Source: Bacteroidales bacterium (lineage in GTDB: Bacteria; Bacteroidota; Bacteroidia; Bacteroidales; UBA932). From it: DNA of 64,000 bases. Every line of letters begins with the position of its first letter. The stretch's first letter is position 1. The DNA lies in contig JAEETO010000001.1 in the NCBI GenBank assembly GCA_016290385.1, forward strand, positions 18,956 through 82,955, written 5' to 3'. The position numbers and the translations under genes were made by a program. Under the pieces are notes generated by a model, which worked only from the letters and a program-made list of their open reading frames with translations, had not been told where the DNA came from and made no database searches. Shown in pieces: positions 8,905-16,605 of the stretch.

Positions 8905-8948
8905 TGGCGCCAGCCTGCTGATGAAAGACATGCTGGCCGAAACTTTTG

Positions 8949-9500
8949 CTACTTGAAATAGCGGTTGTACAAGCCTTCGAAGCCTTTGCCGTGACGGGCT
9001 TCGTCCTTGGCCATCTCATGGACCGAGTCGTGGATGGCGTCGTAGCCGAGCTGTTTGGCACGGGTAGCGATGGCTTTCTTGCCTTCGCAGGCACCGGCCT
9101 CGGCTTCCATGCGTTTCTTTAGGTTGGTCTTGGTGTCCCATACCACTTCGCCCAGCATCTCAGCGATACGGGCGGCATGGTCGGCCTCCTCGAAGGCATA
9201 GCGACGGAATGCCTCGGCAACTTCGGGATAACCCTCGCGGTCGGCCTGACGGCTCATGGCCAGATACATGCCCACTTCTGAGCATTCTCCGTTAAAGTGA
9301 TCCTTCAAGCCCTGCCACACTTCGGGGTCGCAGCCTTTGGCCACGCCGATCACGTGCTCGTCGACAAAGGTCAGGCCGCCTTCGCTCTCGACCACTTCAT
9401 TGAATTTCTCCCTGGGGGCTTTGCAAATCGGGCATTTCTCGGGGGCCTCGGGGCCTTCGTGCACATAACCGCACACGGTGCAGATCCATTTCTTTTTCAT
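8949..9500 (-). CDS. Reverse rubrerythrin (N-terminal rubredoxin-like domain + C-terminal ferritin-like di-iron domain)
   Basis: CTVCGY...CPICKAP rubredoxin knuckles at the N-terminus. ExxH di-iron motifs (EEADH, DEARH) in the C-terminal helical bundle. Confidence 0.8.
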   Translation of the reverse strand: MKKKWICTVCGYVHEGPEAPEKCPICKAPREKFNEVVESEGGLTFVDEHVIGVAKGCDPEVWQGLKDHFNGECSEVGMYLAMSRQADREGYPEVAEAFRRYAFEEADHAARIAEMLGEVVWDTKTNLKKRMEAEAGACEGKKAIATRAKQLGYDAIHDSVHEMAKDEARHGKGFEGLYNRYFK

Positions 9501-9589
9501 GATATTGTCGTTTTGAATATTTATAATTTAGAATTATTATAATCTGTTACAAATTTATTCAATTAATTGGTATCCACCAAAAAAAAACA

Positions 9590-9597
9590 TATCTTTG
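9590..9597 (+). promoter_or_regulatory. -7 promoter box (TATCTTTG) for rplY
   Basis: About 85 nt upstream of ATG 9682. The intervening leader contains two hairpins. Confidence 0.45.
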
Positions 9598-9681
9598 CGG
9601 TCCGCTTAAAAAGGGAAACCTTTTGGTGCAATGGGAGCCGGACCCGATCCGGCTTGAGTAACACATTTTAAAACAAAGACA

Positions 9682-10263
9682 ATGAAACATTTCGAACTCA
9701 ACGGTAAGAAGAGAATTACCGGCAAGAAGGCAGACGTCAAGAGCGTCCGCAAAGAAGACCGCGTTCCTTGCGTCATCTACGGCGCGGGCGTCGAGAACGT
9801 TTCTTTCTCGGTCGACGAGAAGGAACTCAAGGGTCTCACCCACACTCCGTACTCCCACATCGTGGACCTCGACATCGAAGGCACGAAACACCAGGCCATC
9901 CTCAAGGCGATCCAGTATCACCCGGTGACCGACCGCGCCCTCCACGTGGACTTCCTCGCCCTCGATCCGAAAAAGCCCGTCACCATCGACGTGCCCATCA
10001 AGATCACCGGTAACTCCATCGGTGTCCGCCAGGGTGGCAAGCTGAACGTTCCGACCCGCAAGCTCAAAGTCTGCGGCCAGATCGAGAACCTCCCCGACGA
10101 ACTTCCGGTCGACATCACCGAACTGGGCCTCGGCAAGCAGATCAACGCCGGCGACCTCAAATACGACGGTTTCCAGATTGTCTCGCCGAAGGGTACGCTG
10201 GTCTGCGCTGTCCGCGCAACCCGCAACTCCAACGCCGCCGCTACGGAAGCAGCTGCTGAATAG
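9682..10263 (+). CDS. rplY: 50S ribosomal protein L25 (Ctc form)
   Basis: MKHFELNGKKR...RVPCVIYG...SHIVDLDIEG...AILKAIQYHPV pattern of long-form L25. Confidence 0.9.
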   Translation: MKHFELNGKKRITGKKADVKSVRKEDRVPCVIYGAGVENVSFSVDEKELKGLTHTPYSHIVDLDIEGTKHQAILKAIQYHPVTDRALHVDFLALDPKKPVTIDVPIKITGNSIGVRQGGKLNVPTRKLKVCGQIENLPDELPVDITELGLGKQINAGDLKYDGFQIVSPKGTLVCAVRATRNSNAAATEAAAE

Positions 10264-10274
10264 TCGACGACCCT

Positions 10275-10901
10275 ATGAACTACCTTGTAGTCGGACTGGG
10301 CAACATCGGCGAGGAATACGCCGCCACCCGACACAACATGGGATTTATGGTATTGGATGCCTGGGCTCAGGCATCCAATGCTGTTTTTACGCCCAGCCGC
10401 TACGGCGCCGTCGCCGAAATCTCGTACAAAGGCCGGAAATTCACGCTCGTGAAGCCTTCCACCTACATGAACCTCAGTGGCAGGGCTGTCCGCTACTGGT
10501 TGCAGAAAACCAAGATCCCGCAGGAGAATCTTCTGGTGGTGGTCGACGACCTGGCCATTCCTTTCGGTACCCTGCGCCTGCGCAAACGCGGCTCGGCCGG
10601 CGGACACAACGGCCTCAAGAGCATCGACTATGAACTGGCGAGCGACGATTATGCCCGCCTGCGCGTGGGAACAGGCAACGGCGGTTTCGCCGAAGGCCAT
10701 CAGGTGGATTTCGTGTTGGGCGAACTGTTGCTGGAAGAAAAACGCGCCATGCCGGAACTGCTGGAACGCGCCGTGGCCGCCATCAAGTGCTACGGGACGG
10801 AAGGTATAGACCGGGCCATGACGCAATTCAACCGCGCCAAGCCCGCCGAAGCGGCCACGCCGGATCAGTCTTCGTCTTCTCCTTCAAAAAAAGAATCGTA
10901 G
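10275..10901 (+). CDS. pth: Peptidyl-tRNA hydrolase
   Basis: LVVGLGNIGEEYAATRHNMGF and GSAGGHNGLKSI motifs. Confidence 0.9.
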   Translation: MNYLVVGLGNIGEEYAATRHNMGFMVLDAWAQASNAVFTPSRYGAVAEISYKGRKFTLVKPSTYMNLSGRAVRYWLQKTKIPQENLLVVVDDLAIPFGTLRLRKRGSAGGHNGLKSIDYELASDDYARLRVGTGNGGFAEGHQVDFVLGELLLEEKRAMPELLERAVAAIKCYGTEGIDRAMTQFNRAKPAEAATPDQSSSSPSKKES

Positions 10902-11263
10902 AGCGACTCCATGTCGCGGCGCTCCTTCTTCGTCGGTCGGCCGGCTCCCCGGTCCCGCCGGATGAAGAAGGTCTCCACCGGAGCGTGCAGTTTGTCGAGC
11001 TCGCTCTGCGGCGTCAGGTTCTCGGCAAAGCGGGGAACGTCTTTGGCACCTACCCGCTTTTCGAGCGGAGCCACCACTTTATAGGTATAGAGAATGGGGC
11101 CCTTCCGGACGGTGATCACGTCACCCGCCTTCACTTCCCGGGCAGGCTTGACATCCGCTCCGTTCACGGTCACCTTGCTGCCCTTGCAGGCATCGGTCGC
11201 ATCGGTGCGCGTCTTGTAAGCGCGGATAGCCCAGAGGTATTTATCGATTCTGACAGCGTCCAT
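10865..11263 (-). CDS. hslR: S4-domain RNA-binding heat-shock protein 15-like
   Basis: MDAVRIDKYLWAIRAYKTRTDATDACKGSKVTVNG (S4 fold signature). Its 3' end overlaps the convergent pth by 37 nt. Confidence 0.75.
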   Translation of the reverse strand: MDAVRIDKYLWAIRAYKTRTDATDACKGSKVTVNGADVKPAREVKAGDVITVRKGPILYTYKVVAPLEKRVGAKDVPRFAENLTPQSELDKLHAPVETFFIRRDRGAGRPTKKERRDMESLYDSFFEGEDED

Positions 11264-11266
11264 GGC

Positions 11267-11291
11267 AAAAAGGGCCGCTCAACGGCGGCCC
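11267..11291 (-). terminator. Rho-independent terminator after the histone-like gene
   Basis: On the minus strand: GGGCCGC-CGTTGA-GCGGCCC followed by TTTTT (plus-strand stem 11272-11278 / 11285-11291, A-run 11267-11271). Confidence 0.6.
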
Positions 11292-11315
11292 CTTCGTTCT
11301 CAAAAATCGAAAAAA

Positions 11316-11489
11316 TTATTTGGCAGAAAGCACCGATACTTTTCTGAATTCCTTCAGAAGTTTGGTGAGTTCCAGCGCGTTTTTGCGAGCGCGGGTACCG
11401 GCGGCTTTATTGCCCTTGGTGACCTGAAGATTGGCATTGAGCTGGAAAGCAGCCATCTCGACAGCGATTTTGTCAACGAGTTCTTTCAT
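11316..11489 (-). CDS. Histone H1-like small DNA-binding protein (57 aa; below the ORF-track size cut-off)
   Basis: Hand translation: MKELVDKIAVEMAAFQLNANLQVTKGNKAAGTRARKNALELTKLLKEFRKVSVLSAK. The KGNKAAGTRARK...EFRK block is typical of Bacteroidota histone H1-like proteins. A terminator hairpin lies downstream. Confidence 0.7.
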   Translation of the reverse strand: MKELVDKIAVEMAAFQLNANLQVTKGNKAAGTRARKNALELTKLLKEFRKVSVLSAK

Positions 11490-11608
11490 GGTGGTTTTAG
11501 ATTAATAGATTATAAATAGGTATGAAATTTTCGTAAAAATCAACTGATTACGAAGATAACAAGTTTTTGTTGAGTTCGCAAATTTTCATTTAAAAAAGAT
11601 GGAAAATC

Positions 11609-13150
11609 CTATTTTTTTACGAAAAAATCCGCACGACGAACCGTATAAAGGCCATACCCGGGCGCATCTTCTTCCCGTTGCAGGCGGGCACCTGTCCGGC
11701 CGGCAGCCTTGGTCGGAATATTGTTCACAGCCGGATAGCTGCCTGAAACGATGTGGGACAGGCAGGCCTTGATCAGGTCTTCCTGCACGCCGAAATCGTG
11801 AAACAGGTCGTCGGGACGCCTGCTGTTGGGAACGAATCCATCGTCGGGGATCTGCTCGCCGTTGCCGTTCATGTTGTAGAAGCAGATGGGCAGGAAGACC
11901 CATTTGAGATTCGTGTAATCGTCGTTGTTGTACCGCTCGTAGTCGCTGTCGGAACCAGGATACATCAGCACGTACATGCCGTTGGGCTTTCCGTACGTGG
12001 TGTCGCCCACCATTTGCAGTTTGTCGCCCATGAAAGGCCGCAGGCCGTTCATCACCATTTCGCTGGCCGAAGCCGTACCGTCTCCCGTAATGAAATAGAT
12101 ACCGTCGAGGTCGAGGCGGTTCGGATAGACCTTGTCCCAGTAGGTCTCTTTCGTCTTGTCCCCGCCTGCGTACGAAGATTTGCTGGATGCGATTATATCG
12201 CTGTACATGTCCATGTCGGAAGCGACGTAGCTGTTGTGCTTGCGCACCACATAGGTCTTCCCTTCCGCCGACTTCGGCGCCAGGTAGTCGATCAGGCGCT
12301 GGCTGGCACGGGAGTCGCCGCCACCATTGTAGCGCAGGTCGATGATGGCTTTCTTCACACCGGCGTCATGCAGGGTCTTCATGGCATTGTCGATCTCCTC
12401 GAGGAACACTTCACTTCCCAGGAAAGAGAGGTAGTGGAAATAGCCTACCGGCTCGGCGAGGCCGGGAAATTCGTCGGGCTGGTAAACACGCGTGATCAGG
12501 ACGGGATGTGTAGACAGCGACATGGCTTTCTGGGCCGTGAAGGTCGTGTCGCGCCCGTCGGCCAGCCGGAAGGTGAAGGTCTGGGGCGACTTGTTGTAGT
12601 TTTCGTTGAAATAGTTGAGCTTCTCACGTGTAAAACCGCTTTCATCGTCCATGACATTGACGCCGTTGATGTGCGTGATCTTGGCACCGCGCGTCACTCC
12701 GTACTGTTCGAAGGGAGAACCCGGATAAATGTAGCGGATATAGATGGAATAGTCGCCCATTTCGACCGCCTGGTCGAGGCTTACGCCCCAGGTGCCGGTA
12801 TAGACGCCGGTCTCGGAAGAGACGTAGTATTCCTTGTCGCACATCCAGCTCCAGCGATCCTTCTGGTAAAGCATGATATCGAAGAAATCGTAGATATCGT
12901 AGTCATACGGCTTGAAGTTCGCATTGCGGCTTTTCACCTGGTCGCGCCAGTAATAGTACACGTCCATATACTCTTTGCGGAGGTAATCCTTGGCCTTGTA
13001 GTCGGGGTCGGCCGCGATCTTTTCGGCCTCCTCGTCTTTGATGGGCGGATCGTCATTGCCGGGGCATCCCTGCAGGACCGCGAGCAGCGGAAGCAAGGCC
13101 AGCAGCAGCCAGAAACGGGTGAAAATATGGTCTTTCATTTTAGCTTTCAT
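11609..13150 (-). CDS. S41-family (C-terminal processing type) peptidase, lipoprotein
   Basis: Signal/lipobox LLAVLQGC, IIDLRYNGGGD and GDGTASASEM (Ser nucleophile region). ATG at 13150 or 13138. Confidence 0.8.
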   Translation of the reverse strand: MKAKMKDHIFTRFWLLLALLPLLAVLQGCPGNDDPPIKDEEAEKIAADPDYKAKDYLRKEYMDVYYYWRDQVKSRNANFKPYDYDIYDFFDIMLYQKDRWSWMCDKEYYVSSETGVYTGTWGVSLDQAVEMGDYSIYIRYIYPGSPFEQYGVTRGAKITHINGVNVMDDESGFTREKLNYFNENYNKSPQTFTFRLADGRDTTFTAQKAMSLSTHPVLITRVYQPDEFPGLAEPVGYFHYLSFLGSEVFLEEIDNAMKTLHDAGVKKAIIDLRYNGGGDSRASQRLIDYLAPKSAEGKTYVVRKHNSYVASDMDMYSDIIASSKSSYAGGDKTKETYWDKVYPNRLDLDGIYFITGDGTASASEMVMNGLRPFMGDKLQMVGDTTYGKPNGMYVLMYPGSDSDYERYNNDDYTNLKWVFLPICFYNMNGNGEQIPDDGFVPNSRRPDDLFHDFGVQEDLIKACLSHIVSGSYPAVNNIPTKAAGRTGARLQREEDAPGYGLYTVRRADFFVKK

Positions 13151-13155
13151 TTTAT

Positions 13156-13163
13156 TATCTTTG
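13156..13163 (+). promoter_or_regulatory. -7 promoter box (TATCTTTG) for the alanine symporter gene
   Basis: 19 nt upstream of ATG 13183. It directly abuts a minus-strand box. Confidence 0.5.
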
Positions 13164-13171
13164 CAAATATA
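13164..13171 (-). promoter_or_regulatory. -7 promoter box (TATATTTG) for the S41 peptidase gene
   Basis: The plus strand reads CAAATATA. 13 nt upstream of ATG 13150. Confidence 0.45.
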
Positions 13172-13182
13172 ACGTTTTTCCG

Positions 13183-14571
13183 ATGAATTCGGCTGCCTTA
13201 CTCATTGAAAAAGTGTCGTCCGCCGTCTGGGGATGGCCGATGATCATCCTTCTGCTGGGTACCCATCTCTTCATGACCATCCGGCTTCGCTTCCCCCAAT
13301 GGTGGGTGGGCAAGGCCATCCGGCTCTCCGTTTCCAAAGACAAACACTCCCATGGCGACGTGAGCCAGTTCGGGGCGCTGGCCACCGCGCTGGCGGCCAC
13401 CATCGGCACCGGCAACATCGTCGGCGTGGCCACGGCCGTTGCGCTGGGAGGACCCGGCGCAGTGTTCTGGTGCTGGATTACGGGTGTATTCGGCATGGCA
13501 ACGAAATACTCTGAAGGCTTGCTGGCTGTCAAATACCGCGCCAAGACGGCCGACGGCCGGATGCTGGGCGGTCCGATGTTCGCACTGGAGCGCGGCCTGC
13601 ACGCCAAATGGCTCGCCATCATCTTCGCCATTTTTACCGCCATCGCCGCTTTCGGTATCGGCAACACCGTACAGGCCAACTCCATCTCGATGCTGCTCAA
13701 CCAGACATACGGGCTGTCTCCCTACCTGGTAGGCGGCGTGCTGGCGGGACTGGTGCTGCTGGTCATCGTCTTTGGTGTCAAGGGTATTTCCAAGGTGTGC
13801 TCCACGCTGGTGCCCTTCATGGCCTTTTTCTATGTGCTGGGCTGTCTGGTGATCCTCGGCATGAACTGGAGCTGTCTGGGCGAGAGCATCCGTCTCATCT
13901 GCCGCTCCGCGTTTACCACCCGGGCGGCCGGCGGCGGCTTCATCGGCTCCACCGTGCTGATGGCCTGCCGCTTCGGTATCGCGCGCGGACTCTTCTCCAA
14001 CGAATCAGGCCTCGGCTCCGCTCCCATCGTGGCTGCCGCCGCCCAGACCCGCAACCCGGTCCGCCAGGCTCTCGTATCGTCGACCGGCACCTTCTGGGAC
14101 ACCGTGGTGGTGTGCGCGCTCACCGGCCTGGTGCTGGTCAGCAGCATCGTGGCGCATCCCGAAATCGATTCGACGCAGGGCGCCGCCCTCACCAAGGCGG
14201 CTTTTGACAAGCTGCCCTATGTGGGCGATTTGATCCTGTCGGTAGGCATCGTCACCTTCGCCTTCTCTACCATCCTCGGCTGGTCGTACTACGGCGAGCG
14301 CGCCGTGGAGTATCTCACGGGCCATAACCACAAGGCGGGAAAGATAGCGATAGCGGCTTACCGTTTCATCTGGATCGTGCTGGTCTTCGCGGGTTCGGTG
14401 CTGAGCCTCTCGCTAGTGTGGAACTTGTCGGACATCGCCAACGCGCTGATGGCCATTCCCAACCTGATAGCGATCCTGCTGCTCAGCGGGGTAATTGTCA
14501 ACGAAACGCGGAAATATCTCTGGAACAACCGTCTCGACGAAGACAGCAACGAGGAGCCTCCGATTGTTTAA
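13183..14571 (+). CDS. agcS: Sodium:alanine symporter family protein
   Basis: Multi-TM protein with the AGCS-family blocks GDVSQFGALATALAATIGTGNIVGVATA and FSNESGLGSAPIVAAAAQT. Confidence 0.85.
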   Translation: MNSAALLIEKVSSAVWGWPMIILLLGTHLFMTIRLRFPQWWVGKAIRLSVSKDKHSHGDVSQFGALATALAATIGTGNIVGVATAVALGGPGAVFWCWITGVFGMATKYSEGLLAVKYRAKTADGRMLGGPMFALERGLHAKWLAIIFAIFTAIAAFGIGNTVQANSISMLLNQTYGLSPYLVGGVLAGLVLLVIVFGVKGISKVCSTLVPFMAFFYVLGCLVILGMNWSCLGESIRLICRSAFTTRAAGGGFIGSTVLMACRFGIARGLFSNESGLGSAPIVAAAAQTRNPVRQALVSSTGTFWDTVVVCALTGLVLVSSIVAHPEIDSTQGAALTKAAFDKLPYVGDLILSVGIVTFAFSTILGWSYYGERAVEYLTGHNHKAGKIAIAAYRFIWIVLVFAGSVLSLSLVWNLSDIANALMAIPNLIAILLLSGVIVNETRKYLWNNRLDEDSNEEPPIV

Positions 14572-14584
14572 ACGGGGTTCTGCC

Positions 14585-14911
14585 CTACTTGATTATGTAG
14601 ACGTCTTCGCCGTCCTGCAGGTAGAAATACTCTTCGCGGGCGAATTTTTCGAGTGAGTCGCGCTGCGACTGAAGCTGCTCGAGCTTGCGTTCCATCTTGG
14701 AGATTTCCTGCTCATAGAATTCGATCTGCTGCCGCTGGCTGCGCAGGGTGCGGCGCGCGCGCAACAACTGCCCCACGTTGTTGGTGTCGAAAAAGCAGAT
14801 CCACACCAGGAAGATCAGGCCCACGATGAAATACTTGTTGAGCAGCACTTTCCCAAGGGGACGCCTCCTGAACAAGCGATATCGGGCCTTGATTCTGGTG
14901 AAGATCGACAT
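14585..14911 (-). CDS. FtsB/DivIC-type septum formation initiator
   Basis: Single TM followed by a coiled coil (QQIEFYEQEISKMERKLEQLQSQRDSLEKFAREEY). ATG 14911 chosen because a TATTTTTG box (14929-14936) overlaps the GTG at 14929. Confidence 0.7.
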   Translation of the reverse strand: MSIFTRIKARYRLFRRRPLGKVLLNKYFIVGLIFLVWICFFDTNNVGQLLRARRTLRSQRQQIEFYEQEISKMERKLEQLQSQRDSLEKFAREEYFYLQDGEDVYIIK

Positions 14912-14928
14912 ACCGGCAGATGTTTTCA

Positions 14929-14936
14929 CAAAAATA
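14929..14936 (-). promoter_or_regulatory. -7 promoter box (TATTTTTG) for the ftsB-like gene
   Basis: The plus strand reads CAAAAATA. 17 nt upstream of ATG 14911. Confidence 0.4.
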
Positions 14937-15000
14937 ATGTATAATCGGGGATCTTCCTAATTTTTCGTCAGCAAGATATCCCCGCCTCCATCGTCTTTAT

Positions 15001-15008
15001 TATCTTTG
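15001..15008 (+). promoter_or_regulatory. -7 promoter box (TATCTTTG) for the sialidase gene
   Basis: 17 nt upstream of ATG 15026. Confidence 0.5.
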
Positions 15009-15025
15009 TAAGAAAAAGAACATCT

Positions 15026-16411
15026 ATGCTGTCTTTCCTCGTTTCTTTACTGGCGGTAGTGACGCTGCAGGTGCAGCACCGGCAGGTACCAGTGGTGCTC
15101 GACCGGGATGTGGCCGTGGCGGTCGTCCGTGTGGCTGACGGAGCGGACACTTCGTCCTACAGAGCGTTGCCCGCATTGTCCTGCAAGGTCAGTGGCCTGC
15201 CGAGGAAGGCGCTTGCCCGGAGCTTCGTCCGCGATTCGCTGTTGTATGTACACGTGGACAGTCGCTATGTGCGCGACTTGCACAAGCCGTTCCGGCTCAA
15301 GCTGAAAGTGCGGGGCTGCCGGATCGAAGAGTCCGGAGAACGGGAGCACCGGCTGGCGCGCGTCGTCCGGACCGGCGGTGATGACGGCGTGGCGGCTTAT
15401 CGGATCCCCGGGCTGGTGACCACGCACAGCGGCGCACTGGTAGCGGTCTACGACATCCGGCATGCCAGCGCGCGTGACCTCCAGGACGACATCGAGATCG
15501 GCGTGAGCCGTTCGACGGATGGCGGCCTGACTTGGGAACCAATGAGAGTTGCGATGTCCATGGGCGAATATGGTGGCCTGCCGCGCGCTGAGAACGGCGT
15601 CGGCGATCCCTGCATCCTGCTCGACGAGACGACGGGAGAACTGATGATCTTTGCCGCCTGGGTACACGGTAAGGGCGGCAAGACGGCCTGGTGGAGCGCC
15701 GGCAACGGCTTTGAACCGGCCGATACGCCGCAACTGCTGATGGTCCGTTCTCAGGATGAAGGCCGAAGCTGGTCGACGCCTGTCAACTTGACGCGGCAGG
15801 TCAAGCAGCCGCAGTGGCTGTTCACCTTCCAGGCGCCGGGACGCGGCATCACGTTGGCCGACGGAACGTTGGTGGTTCCTTTCCAGCATCAAGAGCCGGA
15901 CCGGACGCCGGAGGCCGGCATCATGTACAGCCACGACCACGGCCGGACATGGCAGGTCTCTGCATCGGCCAAGACCAATACGACGGAATCGCAAGTGGCT
16001 GAGATTCAGCTTGGCCGATTGTTGCTTAGCATCCGCGACAATCGAGGAACGGGCCGGGCGATGTATGAGACGCAAGATATGGGCAGGACATGGACGCCGC
16101 ATGTCGCTGACGGACAGCTGCCCGATCCGGTCTGCATGGCATCGCTGCTGCACGTGCCGGCGAGAGAAAACAGTCTGGGACGCGACATACTTCTTTTTGC
16201 CAATCCGGCAGACCCGAAGGACCGCTGCAACATGACGCTTCGCATCAGCTATGACGGCGGCGTTACCTGGCCCGGAGCCATTCTCCTCGACGAAGGCGAA
16301 GGCTGGGGCTACTCCTGCCTCACGATGATCGATCCCGCCACCATCGGCATCCTCTACGAAAGCTCCCAGGCCCACATCACCTTCCAGGCCATTCCTCTGG
16401 CCAATTTCTAA
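15026..16411 (+). CDS. Exo-alpha-sialidase (GH33) with N-terminal accessory domain
   Basis: YRIPGL (FRIP-type) motif and repeated Asp boxes: SRSTDGGLTW, SQDEGRSW, SHDHGRTW, TQDMGRTW, SYDGGVTW. Confidence 0.9.
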   Translation: MLSFLVSLLAVVTLQVQHRQVPVVLDRDVAVAVVRVADGADTSSYRALPALSCKVSGLPRKALARSFVRDSLLYVHVDSRYVRDLHKPFRLKLKVRGCRIEESGEREHRLARVVRTGGDDGVAAYRIPGLVTTHSGALVAVYDIRHASARDLQDDIEIGVSRSTDGGLTWEPMRVAMSMGEYGGLPRAENGVGDPCILLDETTGELMIFAAWVHGKGGKTAWWSAGNGFEPADTPQLLMVRSQDEGRSWSTPVNLTRQVKQPQWLFTFQAPGRGITLADGTLVVPFQHQEPDRTPEAGIMYSHDHGRTWQVSASAKTNTTESQVAEIQLGRLLLSIRDNRGTGRAMYETQDMGRTWTPHVADGQLPDPVCMASLLHVPARENSLGRDILLFANPADPKDRCNMTLRISYDGGVTWPGAILLDEGEGWGYSCLTMIDPATIGILYESSQAHITFQAIPLANF

Positions 16412-16437
16412 CCGCACCTACTTGTACAGCGCGCTTG

Positions 16438-16583
16438 TCCGCCAATCTGTGACACCTACGGCAGCAATCTGTCGCATCAGTCTATGCAATACGTGGAACG
16501 ACCCCCTGAATTCAGGGGGTCGTTCCACGCTCATCGGCGTTGTCTGTAATGAAAAGTCGTTTGTGGTGTCACAGGTTGGCGGA
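16438..16583. repeat. MITE-like palindromic element (family 2), copy 1
   Basis: Terminal inverted repeats TCCGCCAATCTGTGACACC (16438-16456) and GGTGTCACAGGTTGGCGGA (16565-16583), one mismatch. Perfect 38-nt central palindrome CGTGGAACGACCCCCTGAATTCAGGGGGTCGTTCCACG (16492-16529). Confidence 0.85.
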
Positions 16584-16605
16584 CAACAATCGGATGCCGT
16601 CGTCG

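Larger units (their letters stand above)
7667..8929. mobile_element. RAYT cassette: HUH transposase gene + two REP-like elements bounded by 39-bp imperfect inverted repeats
   Basis: 7667-7705 (GTCTTTCATCAGCAGGCTGGCACCGCCGCTGGGGTCTAA) matches the reverse complement of 8891-8929 at 34 of 39 positions (hand aligned). The RAYT gene and REP copies B and C lie inside. Confidence 0.6.

Noticed and set aside
8891-9094. 67-aa minus-strand ORF ending ...HVFHQQAGATDGD
   Set aside because: Most of it overlaps the 3' end of the rubrerythrin gene in another frame. Only its last 13 codons resemble the BACON lipoprotein tail. I treat it as the right-hand inverted repeat of the RAYT cassette, not as a gene.
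11262-11519. 85-aa plus-strand ORF
   Set aside because: It is antisense to the 57-aa histone H1-like gene, which has a recognisable family block and its own terminator.
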